UHGV virus genome: UHGV-0286546
Source: a virus
Reading direction: 5' to 3' (one strand)
DNA length: 64,000 nt
Under the pieces are notes generated by a model, which searched no databases, was not told the DNA's origin, and was given only the letters and a program-made list of their open reading frames with translations. The translations under genes and the position numbers were made by a program. Below, piece after piece: positions 34,881 through 44,187 of the stretch. Each line of letters starts with the position of its first letter. The stretch's first letter is position 1.

Positions 34881-36071
34881 ATGGATACCAAAGTAATAGA
34901 ATTTTTTCGTAAGTTAGATGAATACTACGATAGAGCAGCTGCTAAATATAACTTGCCCTATAACAAAAACCGTCTTAGTGGAATTGCAGGTATATTAACA
35001 ACTGCTAAAGATAATGGTGATTCTTATAAAATCTTATTAAAAGGAAACTATCTTAAAAACTGGAGTTCAGATTTACTCGGCACAGTTCTCGATGTTTTAC
35101 CGGAACTTACACAAGAAGATAAAGATAAGATTTTATCACATCCCAAATTCGCAGAATACATTTTAATTTCAGAAGACGGTGAAATCAGTCATTTGTTTGA
35201 ATCATCTGTTGTTAGAAAGATGATTAAAAGCTGTGAACAAACACTCGAAAAAAATGATTATAGTCGTAAATACCTTTATACCTATGATACTATTTTATCT
35301 AGTATGTCAGATCCTTTTAATCCTACAGATGAAGAAATCTATAATATATTCTTACATCATGATTTAGATTTCTTAGAAGTCTTTAGAGAAGTTTGGGGTG
35401 ATAGAGTATTAGATATTGCTATCAAAGCAATTGACTACAAGGTTAATGTTAAAAAAGACTTAGCAATGAAGAGTTCAGTACTCATAAGCGGTGATATTTT
35501 TAATGAATTAGCTGTGCGATGGAAAGGAGATATTAATGCTTTTAGCTTCGCATGGCTTGATTGTGTAAAAGTTGAATCTTTCTATAAACTGTGTACAAAA
35601 GATAAAAGATACTATAAAGCAATCCCTAAGTTTATTTCACATGATGAACATAAAGCTGTTCCAAATAATGTATTTAATGAAAAAGATACATTTGATGAAA
35701 CATTTAGACTTCTTATGCTTATTGCTAAGGTATGTCAAAACAGAGAGATACCTAAATATCAAGCTGCTAAATTAAAACAGTATGTAGCATTGATTAAGAT
35801 TCATGATTATAAATTTGAAACGATTGTCGATACATTGCTTGACTGTAAAGATAATCCTCCAGCTGAACTTCCTAAAGAACAGAAACCAGCTAAAACTAAA
35901 ATGTATATGCTTATTGGTTCAGATGGATCAGCAAGAGCATTTAATACACAGAGTGAAAGATTAAAGGCTCTAAACGAATTAACTGAAGAAAATCCAACAG
36001 TTAAATACTTTAAGTCAGTCGCTACACTTAAACCTGAAGACGAAGGAGAATTACAGAATGAGAACAACTGA
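34881..36071 (+). CDS. hypothetical protein
   Basis: SD aaaggagaatg. Confidence 0.55.
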   Translation: MDTKVIEFFRKLDEYYDRAAAKYNLPYNKNRLSGIAGILTTAKDNGDSYKILLKGNYLKNWSSDLLGTVLDVLPELTQEDKDKILSHPKFAEYILISEDGEISHLFESSVVRKMIKSCEQTLEKNDYSRKYLYTYDTILSSMSDPFNPTDEEIYNIFLHHDLDFLEVFREVWGDRVLDIAIKAIDYKVNVKKDLAMKSSVLISGDIFNELAVRWKGDINAFSFAWLDCVKVESFYKLCTKDKRYYKAIPKFISHDEHKAVPNNVFNEKDTFDETFRLLMLIAKVCQNREIPKYQAAKLKQYVALIKIHDYKFETIVDTLLDCKDNPPAELPKEQKPAKTKMYMLIGSDGSARAFNTQSERLKALNELTEENPTVKYFKSVATLKPEDEGELQNENN

Positions 36072-36360
36072 AGAACTTAAAACCATATTTCTGAAAAGTC
36101 ACAATCAGTTATTACAGAATATGCAGAGACAAGCTACCGAATTTGCTGAAGCTATGCTTAATAAAGATGAGTCAGTAGCTAAAGCAAGGTATGTTGAAGT
36201 TAAAAATGCTGCAGATAAAATATTAAAAGAAAATAATGTGACTGCAGAAGAATTAGAAATCATTAAAGCACATCAAAAAGAATGGGTAAAAGATGCCATG
36301 CAAGATGTACTTAGTGTATTAACCAACCAGATGAAAGGAAAAGACAATGAAAGCATATAA
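36058..36360 (+). CDS. hypothetical protein
   Basis: ORF. Confidence 0.5.
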   Translation: MRTTEELKTIFLKSHNQLLQNMQRQATEFAEAMLNKDESVAKARYVEVKNAADKILKENNVTAEELEIIKAHQKEWVKDAMQDVLSVLTNQMKGKDNESI

Positions 36361-36820
36361 AGTAGATACGATGCTAGTACGCGAAGAAGCACTTAAAGAA
36401 CTCGATGCTTTTGCTTGGCGTAATGGTTACGGTCGTATCAATAAAGAGGATATGAGTAGCTGGTGTCCTGAAGTTAAAAAAGAATGGAAGAATTGTTACT
36501 CACTTGTATATAGTAAATACAGAGGTATAGCGGCAAGGAAAGCAGCAAATCTCTGGACATCAGTACTTAATAACGGTAACTTAGAAAAGATATTTGCTAG
36601 TTATGGTTTTGTCTTAGCTGACGGTAGGGTATACGTTCATGACAATGCTTCAACTATCATTAAGGCTGTACTTAAAGCTGCAATTAACGAGATTGAAAAA
36701 GAGATTGGTATTAAAGGTATCAAGATAAGACCAAGAATTACAGCCGGTAGTCATAATCTACTTGATTGGTCAGATGCACATATCGAAGAAGAAGAGGAAC
36801 AAGAAGAAAAAGAAATTTAA
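36347..36820 (+). CDS. hypothetical protein
   Basis: ORF. Confidence 0.5.
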   Translation: MKAYKVDTMLVREEALKELDAFAWRNGYGRINKEDMSSWCPEVKKEWKNCYSLVYSKYRGIAARKAANLWTSVLNNGNLEKIFASYGFVLADGRVYVHDNASTIIKAVLKAAINEIEKEIGIKGIKIRPRITAGSHNLLDWSDAHIEEEEEQEEKEI

Positions 36821-36927
36821 TTCAGTAGAAATAACGGCTTTACATATTTATTATTTTGTAGTAATAATAAACCAATAATTAAATGTAATGGTGCATTTAA
36901 TAATTTTTTAATGAAAGGAAATCAACT

Positions 36928-37395
36928 ATGTTTACTGTATATCCAACTAAAATGAAATCTATGACCAACATGCATAAATCTTTTGAAACCGAAATGGAAG
37001 CAAAAGAATATGTAGCAAGCAGAAAAAACCCGGATAACTATACAATCGAGTTTAATGGTACAAAAACTGACCATACAGCAACAAATTCAGAAATTGCTAC
37101 TACGAATACTGAAAATAAACAGAATGCATCCACGGGTCAAAAAAAGGCTCCTAAAATTGAAATTAACTTTGAAGATGCAGTAAGAATCACGAGGGAGAAT
37201 GTACGCCACTTCTATGGTAAAGCTGGTTATATCCAAGTTGTCAATGAATCCGGTGAAGTATTACATATCGGAAAGACTAAGAATATGGGTAAAGTATTTA
37301 GTAACTATGTAAACTGTGCTCGATATAATCAGTCTTACGATTTTAACCTAGATGGTACTGACCAATTGTTCTTCAAAGAATGTTTAATTGACTAA
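36928..37395 (+). CDS. hypothetical protein
   Basis: SD gaaaggaaatc. Confidence 0.5.
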   Translation: MFTVYPTKMKSMTNMHKSFETEMEAKEYVASRKNPDNYTIEFNGTKTDHTATNSEIATTNTENKQNASTGQKKAPKIEINFEDAVRITRENVRHFYGKAGYIQVVNESGEVLHIGKTKNMGKVFSNYVNCARYNQSYDFNLDGTDQLFFKECLID

Positions 37396-37485
37396 GTAAT
37401 CCGTAATATTAATAAAAAAGGATGGTATAGAATAAACAATATATCATCCTTTCTTTTTCTTCAATCACAAAAAAGGAACAGACCA

Positions 37486-38223
37486 ATGAATATTACAGAA
37501 CAGCAATGTAAATACTTCATACGTCATAAAAGAAGTATGATTGTAAAGGAAGATAGCGATTATAATAAAGGCTACTACGTAAGTTGGACAAAGAATAGAC
37601 CGGTATGTACTCCTGATGAAGTATTATATGTTATAAACAAATGTTATATTGTAGCTTTTACCAAACAGGAAGCTCTTAACATAATCGGTAAAAATGAAAA
37701 TGAGTATAGAGATGACAGATATCGGTATTGTCAATATATAGAAATCATAAACTATGTAAAAGCACAGACCGGAAAAGCTCTTATAAGTATGGAAGGTAAA
37801 TATAAAACTGCTTTTTATGCATATAATGTATCCGAAGATGGTATTGCTGTCATACTGTTTGATGTAAAAGATATGATTAAGATTGTTACTAGAACCAAAA
37901 AAGAAGAAAAACTACAGCAAGAACTTGACGATAGGATGTCTAAGCGTAAACTTATTGATACTATCTTTAAAGCGGCTATCGATAACATTGCTGAAAAATA
38001 TGGTTTAGAATATCAATCTGAGTTTAATTGTTTAACTTTAAGCAACCCGAATAAATTGTACGATCTAATTGATTTAGTACTTAAAGAAGTAATTGCTAAA
38101 GACTTCGCACAAATTGGTTTACAGATTAATCCTAGAATGGAAAGATCTAAAAGTATTACTACAATGTCAAAAATAATTGATCTTGATGATGCAGAAATAG
38201 TGGAGGTAACAAATGAAGAATAA
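37486..38223 (+). CDS. hypothetical protein
   Basis: SD aaaaggaac. Confidence 0.55.
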   Translation: MNITEQQCKYFIRHKRSMIVKEDSDYNKGYYVSWTKNRPVCTPDEVLYVINKCYIVAFTKQEALNIIGKNENEYRDDRYRYCQYIEIINYVKAQTGKALISMEGKYKTAFYAYNVSEDGIAVILFDVKDMIKIVTRTKKEEKLQQELDDRMSKRKLIDTIFKAAIDNIAEKYGLEYQSEFNCLTLSNPNKLYDLIDLVLKEVIAKDFAQIGLQINPRMERSKSITTMSKIIDLDDAEIVEVTNEE

Positions 38224-38466
38224 AAAAGTTATATTATTGGCTTTACATGTGGAATAGCTTATTGTATGATGTATATATAAGATGCAATGAAGCATGTTAT
38301 ATTTTTATGAAAGGATAAATCATGACTAAATCTGGACTGCTACGTAAAATGGCTTCTAAGATTATTAAAAAGAAATAACTCTAAATAATCAATTAACCAT
38401 AGAGAAATAGGATTGTTATGTATATTAGCAGTCCTATTACTTTTTATAAATGAAAGGAATAAAACA

Positions 38467-38598
38467 ATGTGGTACGTAAAACTCAATGGAACAATCCTTC
38501 CTACTCCTTACTTGCATTACAGTGATTGTTTTGATGCTTGTAATAGACTTAAAGAAGAAATGATTGCGGTATGTACAGAACCTGTTTTTATAGAATAA
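38467..38598 (+). CDS. small hypothetical protein (43 aa)
   Basis: ATG after gaaaggaataaaac. Confidence 0.4.
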   Translation: MWYVKLNGTILPTPYLHYSDCFDACNRLKEEMIAVCTEPVFIE

Positions 38599-38611
38599 AG
38601 GAGAATATCTG

Positions 38612-38896
38612 ATGTTAGAGTTAATGCCAACTGTAATTAAACCGGCTAAAGACATACAAGATTACTTAGAAAGAAAGCTTACAGTTGCTCTTACAGTTGA
38701 ATTTGAAGATAAGAGAGTATGTTATAAAACTCTTTCATCCACAAGTAGCTTCAGTTGTCAAATAGCAGGTTATATACAGGACTTCTTTCAAGAAACTTTA
38801 AGGATAGGTATTTTTAAAGCCTACAGTAGAGTTTATATAAATAACGATGATGTAGAATTATTACATACGATTTTAAGACTAGAAGGAAAACTGTAA
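38612..38896 (+). CDS. LRIKGY-family small protein (array A)
   Basis: C-terminal ...LLHTILRLEGKL. Confidence 0.55.
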   Translation: MLELMPTVIKPAKDIQDYLERKLTVALTVEFEDKRVCYKTLSSTSSFSCQIAGYIQDFFQETLRIGIFKAYSRVYINNDDVELLHTILRLEGKL

Positions 38897-38912
38897 TGAA
38901 AGGAGGTTTAGA

Positions 38913-39212
38913 ATGATAGAATGTAATATATTATGGGAATTGCTTGCAAAAGGATGTAACTACCCCTATATTACAATTACTATACCAGAAGAAAATAAAA
39001 CACGCATCTACATTACTAAACCTTATGATAGATATAGACCTATATCTAATAACATAGTAAACCAAGTAGTTGATACTATAGTAAATACATTTAAACAAGA
39101 AGGCATAAACGTAATCAAAACAAATCTTTCCACTGATTTTCATGAATATATAGTGGATGCTGATATAAACTTTCTTATTGGATTAATTAAAGTAAAAGGA
39201 GTATGTTCATGA
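38913..39212 (+). CDS. LRIKGY-family small protein (array A)
   Basis: C-terminal ...LIGLIKVKGVCS. Confidence 0.55.
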   Translation: MIECNILWELLAKGCNYPYITITIPEENKTRIYITKPYDRYRPISNNIVNQVVDTIVNTFKQEGINVIKTNLSTDFHEYIVDADINFLIGLIKVKGVCS

Positions 39213-39499
39213 GGATAACTAGAGCATTTCAAAAGGAATTAAGACGCTTACTCCGAAGACATAACCTAGAAGCTTTCAGACTAAATGTAACAGACATAAC
39301 TGAAAACAATAAACCTAAAGTATATATCTACTTACTTATAGGTGATCTTCCTCACATTAGAATAAGTGATTATCTTTTATTACTAAGTGGAGTCTTTGAT
39401 AAATCAGGAGTTGAATACCAATATCTAAAGAATGTTTGTACCTTTAGTTTTAATCCAGAAGATATAGAAGTATTAACCGGATTTATTAGACTATATTAA
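39203..39499 (+). CDS. LRIKGY-family small protein (array A)
   Basis: C-terminal ...VLTGFIRLY. Confidence 0.5.
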   Translation: MFMRITRAFQKELRRLLRRHNLEAFRLNVTDITENNKPKVYIYLLIGDLPHIRISDYLLLLSGVFDKSGVEYQYLKNVCTFSFNPEDIEVLTGFIRLY

Positions 39500-39514
39500 A
39501 AGGAGATAAATACT

Positions 39515-39880
39515 ATGTCAGACTTTAAATTGGAATTAATTAAACAAGGAGTTGTACTGGATAATATACCCGAAGAAATGTATTGGGCTTATGAAACTGT
39601 ACGTCAATCTGGTATATACAATATGTTAGTATTTCATCCTATTATGGGAAGATATGCAGAATCTAATAAAGATGAAGTATTAAAAGTTATGGATGATATA
39701 TATGTAAAGTACTGTGCTTATACAAATGCTAACATAGAAGAAAGTAAATACGTACATATGACTGTAGACCATGTACGAGCTATCCAAGAATGTTATAACT
39801 TATGTAAAGATTACTTTAAACCTGTACCAGAAGGAGTTATTAATCTTAAACGTAAAGTAAGTATAGATATTGAGTTTTGA
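39515..39880 (+). CDS. hypothetical small protein in array A
   Basis: SD aaaggagataaatact. Confidence 0.5.
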   Translation: MSDFKLELIKQGVVLDNIPEEMYWAYETVRQSGIYNMLVFHPIMGRYAESNKDEVLKVMDDIYVKYCAYTNANIEESKYVHMTVDHVRAIQECYNLCKDYFKPVPEGVINLKRKVSIDIEF

Positions 39881-39897
39881 TTAAAGGAGAATACAAT

Positions 39898-40131
39898 ATG
39901 CTTGTTAAATGTGAAATTATAGACAAAAGAATTAAAGACGGTTTCTTTTCTACTAAATATATTGTTACTGTTAGACCTATAGAAAAACTTAAACCAAAAG
40001 CTATAGAAGTAAAATTCAGTATGGAAAGTTATCATTACTGTCATATAGGAGATATCATTACTTTAACATTTAATGAAGAAGACGATGGTTTATACTATAT
40101 AGATCATGATGCAGGATTCTCAAAAAACTAA
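39898..40131 (+). CDS. hypothetical small protein in array A
   Basis: ATG after aaaggagaatacaat. Confidence 0.45.
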   Translation: MLVKCEIIDKRIKDGFFSTKYIVTVRPIEKLKPKAIEVKFSMESYHYCHIGDIITLTFNEEDDGLYYIDHDAGFSKN

Positions 40132-40141
40132 GGAGGTTAAC

Positions 40142-40414
40142 ATGAATACTAATTACTTAGATGAATTAGTTAAAATGCTATACCGTTACACAAATAACAT
40201 TTTTAGATATAAAGTAAGTATTGAAATAGATCAGGTATATATTTATCCTCGAAGTATTAATTATAGTAAACATACACTAGAAGCTCTATCTAATGTTAAA
40301 GACTTATTTGAAAAAACATTAAATAAAGAAATTAAAAAAGTACAAAACCAACTAATACTTAATCTACAGGATGTTATAGATTTATATACTATACTTAGAA
40401 TACAAGGAGTATAA
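40142..40414 (+). CDS. LRIKGY-family small protein (array A)
   Basis: C-terminal ...DLYTILRIQGV; SD ctaaggaggtt. Confidence 0.5.
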   Translation: MNTNYLDELVKMLYRYTNNIFRYKVSIEIDQVYIYPRSINYSKHTLEALSNVKDLFEKTLNKEIKKVQNQLILNLQDVIDLYTILRIQGV

Positions 40415-40448
40415 ACATTATGACCAACCACAGTAAGGAGTACTACAT

Positions 40449-40757
40449 ATGGATAAAGAAATAATAGAAAACATATTAGACTTTGAAGTTATCACTATGA
40501 ACATATTTCAAAGTCATTTGTTTGTTTCAAATATAGAAAAACATGAAGGTATAGATCATGTATGTCTTGTTATTGACTATACCAAAGATAATGCTAAAGA
40601 AAAAATAGAAGGATTATTACAGAATGCAGGAGTACAGTATACCTATATAAAATCTGATTACTCTAATTTCTGCGGTAAAATACTATTTAAAGTATCTGAC
40701 CTAGAACTTTTAAATACTTATCTACGAATTAAATATGCAGACAGTTTAATATACTAA
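40449..40757 (+). CDS. LRIKGY-family small protein (array A)
   Basis: ...LLNTYLRIKYADSLIY; ACCAACCAC motif upstream. Confidence 0.55.
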   Translation: MDKEIIENILDFEVITMNIFQSHLFVSNIEKHEGIDHVCLVIDYTKDNAKEKIEGLLQNAGVQYTYIKSDYSNFCGKILFKVSDLELLNTYLRIKYADSLIY

Positions 40758-40776
40758 TATAAAGGAGGAATATACT

Positions 40777-41064
40777 ATGGCTATTTTACCACTATCAAAT
40801 TATATTAGAAGGTACTTAACACAAGGATCTCAATTGGCTTTTCATACTACTAAAGGAACTAAAATAATTGCTCCAGGTATGATATTTGGTTTACGTTTAT
40901 CTCATGATCGTAGAAAAATAAGATGTATTATAGAAGATGAAATCAATAAAGTCTTTACACTTACTAGAGAAGATTATCAATACTTATTAGATAATTCAAT
41001 TTCTATTCCTGAAGCAATCAAAGAAGGATACCTAACAGAAGATAAACTAACTATTTATGACTAA
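40777..41064 (+). CDS. hypothetical small protein in array A
   Basis: SD aaaggaggaatatact. Confidence 0.5.
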   Translation: MAILPLSNYIRRYLTQGSQLAFHTTKGTKIIAPGMIFGLRLSHDRRKIRCIIEDEINKVFTLTREDYQYLLDNSISIPEAIKEGYLTEDKLTIYD

Positions 41065-41351
41065 CCCTTTCTTTTCTTCTGTTTTTCGTTTTTCTTTTTA
41101 TATATTTTTTCTTTTAACTTTTATTATTCTTTTCTTTAATATTTATTATTATTAATTTTAAATTTTATTATTTTTTTATTTTAACTTTAAATTTTTATTT
41201 TCATTTAACATTTAATATTTTTTATTATTACTTTTTTTAATACCCTTACTTTATTTAAGAGAAGTGAAAGAAGAAAACAAAGAAGAAAGCGAGAGAAGAT
41301 GCAAACACAGTTTAGAACCAGGTACTACGTAAAACCCAAATTATAAATACC

Positions 41352-41395
41352 AAGTTACGCACAGCTTTTTGCAAGTTACGCACAGTTTTTTAATC
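41352..41395 (+). repeat. direct repeat caagttacgcacag(c)tttt x2
   Basis: Two adjacent near-identical 18-nt units. Confidence 0.5.
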
Positions 41396-41434
41396 TACTA
41401 ATAAAAAATATAAAAAATACTTAAAAAATTGCTT

Positions 41435-41475
41435 TACATTATCCATTTATTATGACATAGTATATTTGTTAGCTT
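41435..41475 (+). promoter_or_regulatory. TTGCTTTACA-type promoter (TTATGACATAGTAT -10 region)
   Basis: Same -35/-10 pattern as 5650, 11110 and 41930. Confidence 0.4.
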
Positions 41476-41704
41476 GAGTGAATCATGTTAATTACATTTA
41501 AGTTTAAATTTGATCTTTATATTCCGAATTAATAAAGAATTGGTAAACATGTAGCCAGTTGTTTTGTTGATTTGTTAGTTGCTCCTCCTTGTTGGTTACC
41601 TCTTATTAGCCAACGCAAAGAATGTTATAATGCTTCTTATATGGAAGTTAACCATCTGCAACTGTGGAATGATTAGATGGAATTATAACGATAAGAGTTT
41701 TGTC

Positions 41705-41795
41705 ATCTTTGGAAGTGTGTATTCGCATAATCTATCCTTTTATCCTTTTTTGGGCGCAAATAGATCTCAGAATACACACTTCTTTTTTATTTATC
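41705..41795 (+). repeat. hairpin element copy 1 (GTGTGTATTCGCATAATCT...AGATCTCAGAATACACAC + T-run)
   Basis: 13-bp stem enclosing conserved TTCGCATAATCT and AGATCTCAGAATA; second copy at 42241-42322 with different but complementary stem. Confidence 0.55.
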
Positions 41796-41929
41796 TCTCG
41801 TTTATTCTCCCTCGTCTTGTTTAAAGCTCATACAGTAGCATTTCCTATAAAAGATATACAAACTACCAGTAAAATAAATTAGACTATCCAGAAGTCAAAA
41901 AACAAGGTATTTAAAAAGGTATAAAAAAT

Positions 41930-41965
41930 GCTTTACAAATAAAATAAATCATGACATATATATAA
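41930..41965 (+). promoter_or_regulatory. TGCTTTACA-type promoter
   Basis: tttaca-N17-catatat; ATCATGACATA box. Confidence 0.35.
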
Positions 41966-42240
41966 TTGTTATTTTTCAGATAAATGAGCTCTTTGTATTC
42001 ATTAACTCGAAATAACAGCTTTCTTCAAGCATCGGCTACCGGTGTAATATATAATATCGATGAGTTATATATTATATCAGGAGGGGTTGCATAACCTTTC
42101 TTTGGTCGTTTATTTGTTTTAGGCCAAATAAAATAACGTTGTAATGCTCTAAATATAAAGAGTTAACAGTTCGCAACCTGAAATGTAAGGAACTGAATTA
42201 CAATAAAAACGAATAATTTACAATGTGTTATAATAACTAT

Positions 42241-42322
42241 AGGTATATATTCGCATAATCTTCTTAAACATGTTCGTTGGCCCGTTCTGTACTAGAAGAT
42301 CTCAGAATATATACCTTTTTTC
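42241..42322 (+). repeat. hairpin element copy 2 (GGTATATATTCGCATAATCT...AGATCTCAGAATATATACC + T6)
   Basis: 12-bp stem; abuts stop codon of minus-strand gene 42323..43300. Confidence 0.55.
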
Positions 42323-43300
42323 TTATCCTTTATAATACTGAATTCCATACTTCTTTATAAATAACCCACATCTATTAACATCTGTATTAACTTCTGGTCC
42401 TACAAATATATAATCAGGAGCTTTAACATGTTCTTTAATAAGCCCTACCCATTCTATAAAGTTATAATACATATTTTCTGGTGTACCTTTCCATCTTTCT
42501 GTATTAGGACCAAAGGGAGGACATACAAATACTGTCTTATCTGTTTCTACTACTTGTGCTAATACATCTCTCTGTACCCATCCATAATATTTACAAAAGA
42601 TTGGATTAATGTCATAAGCTTCTATTTCTGCATCTATATTGTTTTTCTTATAATACTTTCTTGCTCCTTCTATTATACCACCAAATCCTGCCATAGGACA
42701 ATATATGCCTTTAGAAATATCTTTACCACTTTCTTCTAATATCCTTTCAAAAGCAGAAGGCATAAGAGCAGTTACCTTTGGAGCAATCTTAGCGATAGTA
42801 AACCTATGTAATACTTCTTGTAATAAACCTATATCATTATCCTTAAATACTTTTTCAACCCTATTACAAAACTCTTCATACTTATTACCTTTTATACTAT
42901 CATTAATTATCTTAAATAAGTTGTTGATAGCTTTTATTAAATATTCCGGTTTATTCCACGCTTCTTTAGGTGATAACTTACCAGATACATAACAGTCCCA
43001 AATAGGATGATCTGCTGGCCATTTTTTAGTACCCGGAAAAGCACTTCTTAAACACTTATTTAGTATATATTCATCAGTTAATCCAAATAAACTATTAACC
43101 TTTTCTAATTTTATTCCTTTTGTTTTACCGGTATGACTATCTCTCATCTTTTGCTTTGTTAATTCAGATACTACATACTTACCTTGTTGTTTCCTATAAG
43201 CACTGACACACCGACATGAACAAAACTGTCTACCTTTTCTAGCAGGATGAAATAACTTACCACAATACTTACATTCTATATCTTCTTTCTTATTCATCAT
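42323..43300 (-). CDS. Zn-finger + NUMOD3 DNA-binding protein with C-terminal Rossmann/methyltransferase-like motifs
   Basis: N-terminal CKYCG...CSCRC; NUMOD3-like SELTKQKMRDSHTGK; C-terminal PMAGFGG (motif I-like), EIEAYDINP, VFVCPPFGP (motif IV-like); SD aaaggaga. Confidence 0.6.
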   Translation of the reverse strand: MMNKKEDIECKYCGKLFHPARKGRQFCSCRCVSAYRKQQGKYVVSELTKQKMRDSHTGKTKGIKLEKVNSLFGLTDEYILNKCLRSAFPGTKKWPADHPIWDCYVSGKLSPKEAWNKPEYLIKAINNLFKIINDSIKGNKYEEFCNRVEKVFKDNDIGLLQEVLHRFTIAKIAPKVTALMPSAFERILEESGKDISKGIYCPMAGFGGIIEGARKYYKKNNIDAEIEAYDINPIFCKYYGWVQRDVLAQVVETDKTVFVCPPFGPNTERWKGTPENMYYNFIEWVGLIKEHVKAPDYIFVGPEVNTDVNRCGLFIKKYGIQYYKG

Positions 43301-43985
43301 TGTCTCCTTTCATGTCAGATCCATCCCAAGGTCTACTTGCATTTATATATGAATCTAATGGTCTAAGATTTTCTAATGCCCAACACTTTTTAAAATCTTC
43401 ACAATATATGTCTGTAATATTAAAAGTATTTACTGGTCTAATATGATCTATTTGCCAAGTTTCTCTTAGTCCTTTAGCTGTTAAACCAAGATTATCCCAA
43501 CTCATCCAATCTTCAAACTGACTCTCTAAATGCTTTTCTAAATCTTGTATACTATATCCTAATATATTACGTATACTATCATCTTTTTTATTTATAAGCG
43601 ATCTTCGTACTGCCGTCGATATAATGCATCTTAATTTATATCCAATATCACTAGCATACCTTTCATTTTTCCATTTACGATTATACTCGGCTTTTATCTT
43701 TCTTTGCTCTTCAGTCCTATTCTTATGCCATTTTGAAGCTTCTTTCTTATGTGTTTGGTAATATTCCTTTTTATAATCAGGGTTATTCGTTCTAAACCTT
43801 TCATTTTCTTTTTTAATTTTTTCAGGATACTTCATACAATACCTTTTACGTGCAGCTAATACCTTTTCCCTATTTGCTCTCTTCCATCTACGATTCCTTT
43901 CATTCTTTATTAATCTAGCTCTTTCTAAAGGATCTTCTACACTAATAAACATCTCTTCTATACCTTTATATAAATCATCAGTCAT
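43290..43985 (-). CDS. HNH endonuclease
   Basis: WQIDHIRPV...ALENLRPLDSYIN motif; basic N-terminal half. Confidence 0.7.
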   Translation of the reverse strand: MTDDLYKGIEEMFISVEDPLERARLIKNERNRRWKRANREKVLAARKRYCMKYPEKIKKENERFRTNNPDYKKEYYQTHKKEASKWHKNRTEEQRKIKAEYNRKWKNERYASDIGYKLRCIISTAVRRSLINKKDDSIRNILGYSIQDLEKHLESQFEDWMSWDNLGLTAKGLRETWQIDHIRPVNTFNITDIYCEDFKKCWALENLRPLDSYINASRPWDGSDMKGDNDE

Positions 43986-44123
43986 TACAGCATCAATCCT
44001 TTAATCACTTCGTTAGTATATTAACATTATCTAGAATTACAACTTTGTCAGTATATTAACAAAAGAAATTTCAAAAGTAAATACCTAACTTTCCAAAAGT
44101 ATTAAAAAGATAAATATAAAAGA

Positions 44124-44152
44124 AATCCCCCAGATTTTACTCCAGGGGATTC
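44124..44152 (-). terminator. hairpin terminator downstream of capsid gene
   Basis: aatcccc-loop-ggggatt with T-rich run on minus strand. Confidence 0.5.
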
Positions 44153-44187
44153 TTGATTCTACAATAATATCTTGCTAAATCAACAAC

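Noticed and set aside
41579-41882. ORFs 41579..41824 and 41700..41882
   Set aside because: Lie within the hairpin/terminator element in a convergent junction; no RBS; low-complexity translation.
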